Origin: Planctomycetota bacterium | GTDB taxonomy: Bacteria > Planctomycetota > PLA2 > JAEUHO01 | DNA: 64,000 bases | NCBI GenBank assembly: GCA_965222115.1 | Contig: CBDCTJ010000007.1 | Coordinates: forward strand, 2,432,001-2,496,000 | Reading direction: 5' to 3' | In this document: positions 56,200-64,000 of the stretch, in pieces | Layout: every line of letters starts with the position of its first letter | Numbering within the stretch: the stretch's first letter is position 1 | Translations under genes and position numbers: made by a program | Notes under the pieces: model-generated | Database searches by the model: none | What the model saw: only the letters and a program-made list of their open reading frames with translations | Told to the model about the DNA's origin: nothing

Positions 56200-57116
56200 A
56201 AGACATTGGTATTCTTCGCGAAGCGCTGCCTTACTTGCGCCGCCACCGACGTCAGACCGTCGTTGTCAAGCTCGGCGGTGAAATAGCGGCCAATCCGCAA
56301 GCCTTGGACATGTTGGCCAAGAGCATTTCGTTGCTCACGCATGTCAACATTCGCATCATTACCGTGCATGGCGGTGGTCCGCAGGCCACCAAGCTTTCGG
56401 AGAAGCTCGGGCTCGAAACCAAGATGGTGCAGGGGCGTCGAATCACGGACGCAGCCACACTCGAGGTAGCCAAGATGGCATTTGCGGGGCAGATCAATGT
56501 GGACATTCTCGGTGCCCTGCGCGTTGCTGGCGTGCGCGCCGTGGGCCTGTCGGGGATCGACGCCGACATACTCATGGCCAGGCGCCGTCCACCTTCCGAG
56601 GTGCAAGACGTGGCTACGGGGCGTAAGGAGATTGTGGACTTTGGGCACGTGGGCGACATTGTGGAGGTGAACACCGAGTTGCTTTCCCTGTTGGTGGAGC
56701 ACGGCTATGTCCCGGTGATTTCGTCGCTGGGTTGTGATGACGATGGCAACGCGCTGAACGTAAACGCCGATACCGTTGCAATGGAGATCGCGCGGGACCT
56801 GCGAGCAAGCAAGCTGATTTCGCTTACAGGCGTCCCTGGGCTCCTGAAAGACAAAGACGATCCCACCAGCGTGATTTCACGATTGAGTCTGAGTGAGGCA
56901 CGCACGGCGCTCAGCGATGGAACGATCCAAGGCGGAATGATTCCCAAGGTGAAGACACTGATTGACGCCGTTGAAGGCGGCGTTCGCGCTGGCATCATAT
57001 TGTCGGGCCTCGATCACGACGCGCTCCTCGCCGAACTGTTTACGGACCGTGGTGTGGGCACGTTGATCGAGCGAGATGTTGATGAGAAGTCCGCGAGCCT
57101 CGGAGCCCCCGCGTGA
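56196..57116 (+). CDS. argB: Acylglutamate kinase
   Basis: VVKLGG, VHGGGPQ, GRRITD, NVNAD, GGMIPK. Confidence 0.93.
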   Translation: MKDIGILREALPYLRRHRRQTVVVKLGGEIAANPQALDMLAKSISLLTHVNIRIITVHGGGPQATKLSEKLGLETKMVQGRRITDAATLEVAKMAFAGQINVDILGALRVAGVRAVGLSGIDADILMARRRPPSEVQDVATGRKEIVDFGHVGDIVEVNTELLSLLVEHGYVPVISSLGCDDDGNALNVNADTVAMEIARDLRASKLISLTGVPGLLKDKDDPTSVISRLSLSEARTALSDGTIQGGMIPKVKTLIDAVEGGVRAGIILSGLDHDALLAELFTDRGVGTLIERDVDEKSASLGAPA

Positions 57117-58183
57117 AGAACGTGACGGAACTACTTCAGGCGATCGTACGCATTCCCTCCGTTTCTGGGGAAGAGCACGCGTGCCGCGACTTTCTCGTTG
57201 ACTGGCTAAAAGACCAGGGCGTCAAGGCGTGGTCGTCGGGGCGTAATGTCTTGGCGACCGTGGAGGGCAAGCCATCCGCCCGTGATCGTGGCCTTCTATT
57301 GCTTACCCACATCGACGTGGTTCCTGTGGGGGATGGGTGGACACGAGATCCATGGGATGGCGCGCTTGAGGACGGATTCGTGTTCGGTCGTGGTTCCAAC
57401 GACGCCAAGTCAAGCGCTGCGTCGATGGCGTGGGTCGCGGCTCATGTCGACCCGGCACACATTGAGGGCCGCTTGGTTGTTGCGCTGGTTTGCGATGAGG
57501 AAACGGGCGGCGAAGGCATTGAAGTGTGTCGCGACGAGTTGCCTGCGTTCCAAGCGAGTGTGGTGGGGGAACCTACGGAACTCGATGTATGTCCGGGGCA
57601 ACGTGGTTTGTTTCGCGCAACGATTGTTGAACGCGGCAAACAGTGTCATGCAAGTCGGCCTTGGGAGGGCGCCAACGCAATTGACATGGCTGCTCGCGAT
57701 ATTGCCGCCATACACGAAATGGACTTGGGTGCCGCCGACGATCTGTTGGGTCCGGCAACGCTTCAAGTGACGGTGATCCAAGGTGGTACGCGACCCAATG
57801 TGTTGCCGGGAGAATGCACATTGGAACTCGACGGTCGCCCGTCGCCCACGTTTGACAATCAGGCGATGGAGCGTGCATTGAACGAAATCGCGAAGGGTGA
57901 CGTGACCATTCGCAGCAATCGCTTTTTTCCGGTGCGTACGGCCAATGATGAGGAAATCGTTCGTATTGCTGTTGAGTCAAGTCCCACGGGTAACGTCCGT
58001 GGGTTCGGCGGCGTGTCGGATCTCTTTCATGTGAGCCATCATCCCGGTGTCGTCATGGGCCCCGGCACCAGTGCGGCGAGTCATGCTGCCGATGAGTCGG
58101 TCGCCGTAGAACAGCTCGATAAGGCTGTCGTCGCATACGAAAGCATCGTTCGTGCATACTTGGCCCCGGGAGGGCGCGCATAG
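57113..58183 (+). CDS. argE: M20 deacylase (ArgE-like)
   Basis: THIDVVP, GRGSNDAK, DEE, GEPT, HAADE; in the arg cluster. Confidence 0.85.
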   Translation: MKNVTELLQAIVRIPSVSGEEHACRDFLVDWLKDQGVKAWSSGRNVLATVEGKPSARDRGLLLLTHIDVVPVGDGWTRDPWDGALEDGFVFGRGSNDAKSSAASMAWVAAHVDPAHIEGRLVVALVCDEETGGEGIEVCRDELPAFQASVVGEPTELDVCPGQRGLFRATIVERGKQCHASRPWEGANAIDMAARDIAAIHEMDLGAADDLLGPATLQVTVIQGGTRPNVLPGECTLELDGRPSPTFDNQAMERALNEIAKGDVTIRSNRFFPVRTANDEEIVRIAVESSPTGNVRGFGGVSDLFHVSHHPGVVMGPGTSAASHAADESVAVEQLDKAVVAYESIVRAYLAPGGRA

Positions 58184-59610
58184 TGGCTGTCGAGCGATCA
58201 AAGAAACGATCAAAGAAACGATCGACGAAGAAGGGCGATCCCTTGCGAGGACGGTTTTCTGAACACACGGCCGAGGCGCTCGATCGCATCAATCGGTCCT
58301 ACCCCATCGATCGTCGCCTCTGGCGCGAAGACATTGAGGGCTCGCTCGCTCATGCGCGCATGCTGGGTGCAAAGGGCATTTTGAGTCAGGCATCGGTGAA
58401 ACGCATCGTGAAAGGCCTCCTAACGATTCACGGGGAGTTTGAAGCCCGTACGTTCAAGGCGTGTGCAACCGACGAGGACATTCACATGGCCGTCGAACGT
58501 CGCCTCGTCGAGTTGATTGGCGACGACGGTGCACGTCTCCATACGGGTCGCAGCCGCAACGATCAAGTGGCGACGGATTTGGAATTGTACTGCGCGCGGG
58601 CTGCCAAGCGTATTCAGGACGGGATTCGCGACGTGCAGGCGGCATTGGTTTCCGCCGCGACGGACGTGGATGACGCACTGGTGCCGTTCTATACCCATAT
58701 GCAACGTGCCCAGCCCATCGTCATGGCTCACGTGTTGCTTGCCTACGTAGAAATGCTTCAGCGTGATACGGACGCGTGTGCGTATGACCTCAATGCGTGC
58801 CCACTCGGGTCCGGCGCCGGGGCGGGCACAACCTATCCAATCGACCGCGCCATGACCGCCAAAGCGCTCGGTTTCCGTGGACCGTCTCGCAACAGTCTTG
58901 TTGGCGTGTCGTCGCGGCAAAATCTTGCCCGGCTACTATCAGGCTTTGCCGCGACCGCTACGACGCTGTCGCGCCTGGGTGGCGACATCATTTTATGGAC
59001 GACGCGCGAGTTCGGTTTTGCTCGTCTTGGTGACGATGTGTCAACGGGCTCAAGCATCATGCCGCAAAAGCGCAATCCCGATGGCGCGGAGCTTCTGCGA
59101 GGCAAGGCATCGCGAGTGATTGGCGCACTTCAGCGCGTGTTTGAGATTCAACGCGGGTTGCCGATGGGGTACTTCAAAGATCTCCAAGAAGACAAAGCGG
59201 CGCTCTTTGATGCTGAAGACACATTGCTCGACATGTTGGCCGTGGCATCCGCGATGATGCGCAGCATCGACTTTGATCGAGTGCGCATGGAGGCCGCGGT
59301 AGCGGAACCATCGGGGTATCTCATGGCGACGGAAGCCGCGGACTACCTTGTGTCTCGCGGTGTGTCCTTTCGCGAAGCCCATGAAGCGGTTGGCGCCCTC
59401 GTTCGTCTGGCCGAGACTCGGGACGTAGGGCTGGAAGCGCTCGACATCGACGACTTTAGGCGGCTGCATAGGAAGTTTGATGACGAGGTATTCACGGTAT
59501 TGGATCCCTTGACCGCCGTTAGACGTCGTCGAGCGATTGGGGGACCCTCCCCAGCCAACGTGCGTCGCGAACTTGCTCGTTGGCGCAAACGAATTGCCTC
59601 CTCCCACTAA
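58183..59610 (+). CDS. argH: Argininosuccinate lyase
   Basis: EDIHM, HTGRSRNDQ, THMQRAQP, GSSIMPQKRNPD. Confidence 0.95.
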   Translation: MAVERSKKRSKKRSTKKGDPLRGRFSEHTAEALDRINRSYPIDRRLWREDIEGSLAHARMLGAKGILSQASVKRIVKGLLTIHGEFEARTFKACATDEDIHMAVERRLVELIGDDGARLHTGRSRNDQVATDLELYCARAAKRIQDGIRDVQAALVSAATDVDDALVPFYTHMQRAQPIVMAHVLLAYVEMLQRDTDACAYDLNACPLGSGAGAGTTYPIDRAMTAKALGFRGPSRNSLVGVSSRQNLARLLSGFAATATTLSRLGGDIILWTTREFGFARLGDDVSTGSSIMPQKRNPDGAELLRGKASRVIGALQRVFEIQRGLPMGYFKDLQEDKAALFDAEDTLLDMLAVASAMMRSIDFDRVRMEAAVAEPSGYLMATEAADYLVSRGVSFREAHEAVGALVRLAETRDVGLEALDIDDFRRLHRKFDDEVFTVLDPLTAVRRRRAIGGPSPANVRRELARWRKRIASSH

Positions 59611-59731
59611 GCAGGGCCCTTGGACTCATCGACGCGCAATCGATAGGTCCTCGACGCGGACTCGACAATGACGGAGACGCCCTTCACCTCGTGCATCTTG
59701 GCGTACACTGGGGACTGGAGACGACGTCCCG

Positions 59732-61276
59732 ATGCGATCCACACAATCCTCATCCCCTGCCATTCGTAGCGGGCGCCTCTTGCTGGTGTCGCTTCAGGTG
59801 GTTTTGGCGGCAACCCTCGCTGCCTGCGGTGGCGGAGGTGGTGGGAGCGCAGATGTCATCACCTTCTACTTGGCCGACACCACGCCTCGTGATGGCCACG
59901 TCAATGTACCGACCAATCAGATCATTAGTTTGGTCTTCAACAAAGACGTTGATCCGCTGACGGTTACTCCCTCGTCACTGTCTATCGTTGCCAACGATGC
60001 CGGGGCGATTCAGGGAACGCTAACGCAGTCACAGACTCGGCCCCGAGAACTGCGGTGGGTGCCGTCCGAACTCATGGTGGCAGGGGAACGTCACTTTTGC
60101 ACCGTGTCGAGCGGGTTACGTTCCGTCGATGGCGAGGCGCTTTCCGGTGCCACGCAGTTTGAGTTCCATACCATTGGCGGTTCGACCGGCCCCCCGATCC
60201 CCGATCCAACGCGGCTTCGGCGAACCATTGGATCGATGAACGAAGGCCGGCAGTCACACCGCGCCACGCTACTAACTGATGGCCGCGTTTTGGTTACGGG
60301 TGGTTTCGATAGCGGATCGCACGCAACCGATACGGCCGAGTTGTATCTGCCGTTCAACGACACGTTTATCAATACGTCCAACGAGATGCTGACTGAACGC
60401 GCGAGCCATGCATCCGTACGACTTGCAAATGGACATGTGCTCATTTGCGGTGGATTCCGTCAGCAGAGTGGAAGTACGTTGACCGCCCTGGCGACGGCCG
60501 AGGTATACAATCCTGCGTCCAACACGTTTGCGCCGGTGGGCGACATGGCGGTGGAACGCGCCAACCACACGGCAACACTGTTGGACGATGGGCGCGTGCT
60601 GATCGCCGGCGGAAGCACCTACGTGTCGGGCTCGTTGACCGACCACATTACTGCCGAGATCTACGATCCCGGAACGTCAACATTTGCGCTCTTATCCGAA
60701 GACATGCTGCACACACGCAGCAGCCATGTGGCGCTGAAACGATCCGACGGTGACGTTGCACTCTTTGGCGGAAGCCAAGGCGACCTGCGCGTGGGTGTCT
60801 TTGATCCCACCACCGATTCGTTTACCAGCTTGGGAATTCCACCATCGGCGTCGGCACAGTTTGGTGCCGCGGCAGCCCTGTTCCCGAGCGGCGGTATTTC
60901 CGTTGCAGGTGGCAGCGTGCGCGGCGATGTCTTTCATTTGCGTGACGGTGAGACCTTTGTCTTCAATACCGGTAGCCCGCTGTGGCGTGCACGCTCGTAT
61001 GCGACGTCCAGTGTGATTGCACCCGACACGCTCATGGTTGTGGGTGGCATCGACTTTTCACGCGGTGGTTTGATTGAGTCGTCGGTAGATATCATTGTTG
61101 AAGGCGGCGTTGGCGGTAGTCGCACCTACGCCACGAGTATGCGTTTCCCAACAGGCATGGCGGCACATACGGCGACGAAACTGGCGAATGGTGATGTGCT
61201 TTTCTGTGGCGGACTCGATCCAGCGGGCGTGGCAAGTTACAACGCCGCATATATTTACGAAGTGCCAACCGAGTAG
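59732..61276 (+). CDS. Lipoprotein with Ig-like (Big_5-like) domain and Kelch repeats
   Basis: Lipobox LAAC-GGGGG; repeated HTATLLDDGRVLIAGG...AEIYDP. Confidence 0.85.
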   Translation: MRSTQSSSPAIRSGRLLLVSLQVVLAATLAACGGGGGGSADVITFYLADTTPRDGHVNVPTNQIISLVFNKDVDPLTVTPSSLSIVANDAGAIQGTLTQSQTRPRELRWVPSELMVAGERHFCTVSSGLRSVDGEALSGATQFEFHTIGGSTGPPIPDPTRLRRTIGSMNEGRQSHRATLLTDGRVLVTGGFDSGSHATDTAELYLPFNDTFINTSNEMLTERASHASVRLANGHVLICGGFRQQSGSTLTALATAEVYNPASNTFAPVGDMAVERANHTATLLDDGRVLIAGGSTYVSGSLTDHITAEIYDPGTSTFALLSEDMLHTRSSHVALKRSDGDVALFGGSQGDLRVGVFDPTTDSFTSLGIPPSASAQFGAAAALFPSGGISVAGGSVRGDVFHLRDGETFVFNTGSPLWRARSYATSSVIAPDTLMVVGGIDFSRGGLIESSVDIIVEGGVGGSRTYATSMRFPTGMAAHTATKLANGDVLFCGGLDPAGVASYNAAYIYEVPTE

Positions 61277-61478
61277 GCCGTCTCTGCACCTTCCCGTATC
61301 CGTCTCTGAATCTTAATCTGTAGCCTGACCCTTTCCTTCTCCCGCAGCGATCGCGTACGCCGATGGGTCCGGCGCAAGGTCAGGAGAAAGAATCAGTGGC
61401 AGAATAGGAACAGGCTGCCGTAGCGCGCGGCTCCAGCTTGCGTGATGAATGTTGACGAGTCGAGAGTAGGATCCTCGC

Positions 61479-63656
61479 ATGCGGCGCCAAAAGACCCTCA
61501 CCGTCATGTTCACCGATATCTCGGGGTTTACGAAGCACACCGAGACCGTTACGCGCGATGAATTGATGGCGCGGCTCGACGAGCACAACGCCCTACTCAT
61601 GCCCATTGTGCGCCACTTTGAAGGTCGTATTGTGAAGTCCATTGGCGATGCGCTCATGATCGTCTTCGAAAGTCCAACGAACGCCGTGCAATGTGGGATG
61701 TTGATGCAACATCGATTGGCGCGCCACAACCGTGGCAGGGTTGAATTCGAACAGATACACATCAAGGTTTCGCTCAACGCTGGCGAAGTCACAGTAACCG
61801 AGAACGATGTCTTTGGCGATTGCGTCAATGTGGCGGCAAAGATTGAGAAGGCCACACGGCCCGACGAAATCTACTTCACGGAATCGGTCTTCCTCGCCAT
61901 GAACAAAGCGGAGGTGCCCAACGTCTTCGTAAAGAACTTTCGACCTAAGGGTGAACAGAGCCATGAGATCAAGCTCTACAAGGTCATCCAAGATGTAACC
62001 AACGAACAGTACGCACGTCTTATCCGCGATACGGACATTAAGGACGACGATCCATCCGACGCGCTTGAGCTATCGGATCTTGCAGGCAGCGATCTTCCTA
62101 GCGGCCACGACTCCTTGGCGGAACTCATTGCCGACGAACGGGCACGTTCGCGAAAGAACCTTTTGCTGGCAACGGCCTTAGGCGCCTTGTTGCTCGGCGG
62201 GCTCGTCGTAGGGGGACTGGCGCTGTTTAGTGGCAGCAAAGGCCCCACCGCTGCCGATCGTACGACCGACGCCGTTCGTGCCTACTTGGCCAAAGGCAAT
62301 GTGGAGGGCGCCCGATCCGCGATCGCCAATTTTGGAGCCGACGGCGGGAGTCAAGAACGCATTGCGCAGTTGCAGCGCGAGATTCACGCCTATCAGGGTG
62401 GTGAATCGGTAAAGCGCATCAAGGCGCTACTTGCCGACGACAACGTGGACGATGCCCGTTCACTTGTCGGTAGCAATCGCGAGTTCATTCCGACCGCGTT
62501 GCTGACTCACATCGATGCGCTAGCGGCGGCGGAACAGGCGCTACGCGACGGCGACGCGGAGGCGGCGCGTAAGGGCTTGCAGGGTGCGGACCCGACGTTC
62601 ACTCCGAGGAACGCCTACGCGGCGTGCAAGAAGCGAATCGAGGCCATCGATACCGCGTGGCACGTGCATGAACACTCGGAATCGGTCGATGACGCAGAGC
62701 GAGCAATCGAGGTCCTGTCGGGGGCATTCGGAGACGACACCCATCATCCTGTGGCCACGCGTATTTTGGGCGACATGATCATTCGTTCTGTTGGCATGAC
62801 AGCTCGGACGAGTGGGCGCAAGGCGATCCGCGAGCACTTTGACGCGCTCATGAAACGCTTTCCAGGTATCAAAGATCGCACGCGTATTCGCCGCGAAGTG
62901 CAGCTCCACGCGCTGTGGTTTTACACGAGTGACTACGAGGCTCGACGTCGCTGGCGCGGTCGATTTGACAGCCAGAGTCAACGGGAGATTGCTACGCTTC
63001 GCGAGCTGGGCAAAGGCGATGCCGACTTTTTGTTTCGACTTGGCGTCACGCGCCACCGGATTTCGCGAAAGAACGGACTCGGCATATCGGATGGCGCGCA
63101 AGACATTGAGAGCGCCATGAAGTTGGATCCGCGCCTCATTGAAACGCGTGCCGACGAGTTGTACCCGATTGCGATCGATTGGCTACGTTGGGTGTCGTCT
63201 CCCGATTCACTGGCCCACAAGCTCGTTACGGGCCCCTTCAAAGAGCGTGCGCGCGAGCATCTTTTTGCCCGTGCCTTTGCTCCCTACGGTGGCAAGCGCG
63301 ACGACGCACCGCGGCCTGAAGAACGCGCCAATGCTGTTGCGGCGTTGGTTGCCATGAATGCACCGATCGAAACCGAACAAGCCGTGGAGTTTGTGACCAA
63401 CAACTGGAAGACCGTGCTCACGGGTCGCAATCCGATCATTTCCATCGATGTCTTTGCTGCTCTCTTTGCCCGCAAGGACATGGCCTACGAGTACTTCGAA
63501 CGCTTGGCAGGCGACATCAAACGGATCCAAACCGAACTGGGCGCCAAGCGAGGCAAGTTCAGCGCCTACAAGCACGCCCGCGATCGCATCCTCGCTCTCC
63601 GCCGCACCCTCATCGACGCCCACCCCGCTCACGCCAAACGCTTCGCCGCAAACTAG
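61479..63656 (+). CDS. Class III adenylate cyclase with TM helix and helical extracytoplasmic domain
   Basis: VMFTDISGFT, VKSIGDALM, DVFGDCVNVAAK; hydrophobic helix after the catalytic domain. Confidence 0.85.
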   Translation: MRRQKTLTVMFTDISGFTKHTETVTRDELMARLDEHNALLMPIVRHFEGRIVKSIGDALMIVFESPTNAVQCGMLMQHRLARHNRGRVEFEQIHIKVSLNAGEVTVTENDVFGDCVNVAAKIEKATRPDEIYFTESVFLAMNKAEVPNVFVKNFRPKGEQSHEIKLYKVIQDVTNEQYARLIRDTDIKDDDPSDALELSDLAGSDLPSGHDSLAELIADERARSRKNLLLATALGALLLGGLVVGGLALFSGSKGPTAADRTTDAVRAYLAKGNVEGARSAIANFGADGGSQERIAQLQREIHAYQGGESVKRIKALLADDNVDDARSLVGSNREFIPTALLTHIDALAAAEQALRDGDAEAARKGLQGADPTFTPRNAYAACKKRIEAIDTAWHVHEHSESVDDAERAIEVLSGAFGDDTHHPVATRILGDMIIRSVGMTARTSGRKAIREHFDALMKRFPGIKDRTRIRREVQLHALWFYTSDYEARRRWRGRFDSQSQREIATLRELGKGDADFLFRLGVTRHRISRKNGLGISDGAQDIESAMKLDPRLIETRADELYPIAIDWLRWVSSPDSLAHKLVTGPFKERAREHLFARAFAPYGGKRDDAPRPEERANAVAALVAMNAPIETEQAVEFVTNNWKTVLTGRNPIISIDVFAALFARKDMAYEYFERLAGDIKRIQTELGAKRGKFSAYKHARDRILALRRTLIDAHPAHAKRFAAN

Positions 63657-63846
63657 GCTCTGTCTGAAAGCTCCTCTACTGCGCAATCCGATCCTCTCGC
63701 TGCGAGTCGCGTCCCTTCGAAATTGCCGTCCTCGACGTGAACAGACCACGCCTGCGGGCCAATTTCTTGGTCCATCGACTCTCGCATCGGTCTCCCGCGT
63801 TTATTGAAGAGACACGGGCTCGTCACGAGGCTTTTCAGGCAGGGCC
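63656..63846. mobile_element. 191-bp MITE-like element
   Basis: IRs GGCTCTGTCTGAAA / TTTCAGGCAGGGCC (12/14 match), flanked by TA on both sides. Confidence 0.55.
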
Positions 63847-63848
63847 TA

Positions 63849-63966
63849 ATGCGCCACAAATACCAGGTATAGTTGGCGCACGGGCCCGTAGACGCCCATT
63901 CGTTGGGCTCGCCCCGGCGCGCGATACTCGTCGTGCGCCACAGAAACCAGGTATTTTTGGCGCATG
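63849..63966. repeat. Pair of REP-like palindromes
   Basis: TGCGCCACAAATACCAGGTATAGTTGGCGCA and TGCGCCACAGAAACCAGGTATTTTTGGCGCA; same family as 30887-30920. Confidence 0.7.
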
Positions 63967-64000
63967 CCGATAGGCGAGCGCGCTACGCGACATGGCGGTG

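Noticed and set aside
52775-58183. LysW-dependent lysine/arginine pathway (lysY/J/Z/K)
   Set aside because: No lysW or lysX; argF' and argH in the cluster favour the acyl-ornithine route
58194-58221. 12-bp tandem repeat CGATCAAAGAAA at the start of argH
   Set aside because: An in-frame low-complexity SKKR tail with about two copies; no sign of phase variation

Overview
A GC-rich bacterial chromosomal window. Its gene content (prenyltransferase-repeat, HEAT and VWA proteins, an ECF sigma factor with a long extracytoplasmic extension, RsbW-STAS-Mla genes) suggests a Planctomycetota-like organism; this is inference. Core genes include pstB/pstS, nadB-hflX, yajC-secDF, mnmA, hup, mdh and an argC-argD-argF'-argB-argE-argH cluster. 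A ~7.7 kb integrative element sits in tRNA-Ala(UGC). Its att site lies inside the integrase reading frame, so excision would swap the integrase C-terminus. The element carries a 3.36 kb IS-like unit with 64-bp TGT...ACA inverted repeats that encodes two different DDE transposases and two paralogous HTH proteins. Other highlights: an unannotated 12-codon Arg-rich leader ORF whose mRNA can pair with the argF' ribosome-binding site (candidate arginine-sensing translational attenuator); a succinyl-type ornithine transcarbamylase signature; a spt-bCerS-cerR-like ceramide synthesis cluster next to Mla lipid-transport genes; and several non-coding repeat families (a modular dispersed repeat, REP-like palindromes, a MITE). 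No CRISPR array or rRNA was seen. All family assignments come from motif recognition by eye, not from database searches.
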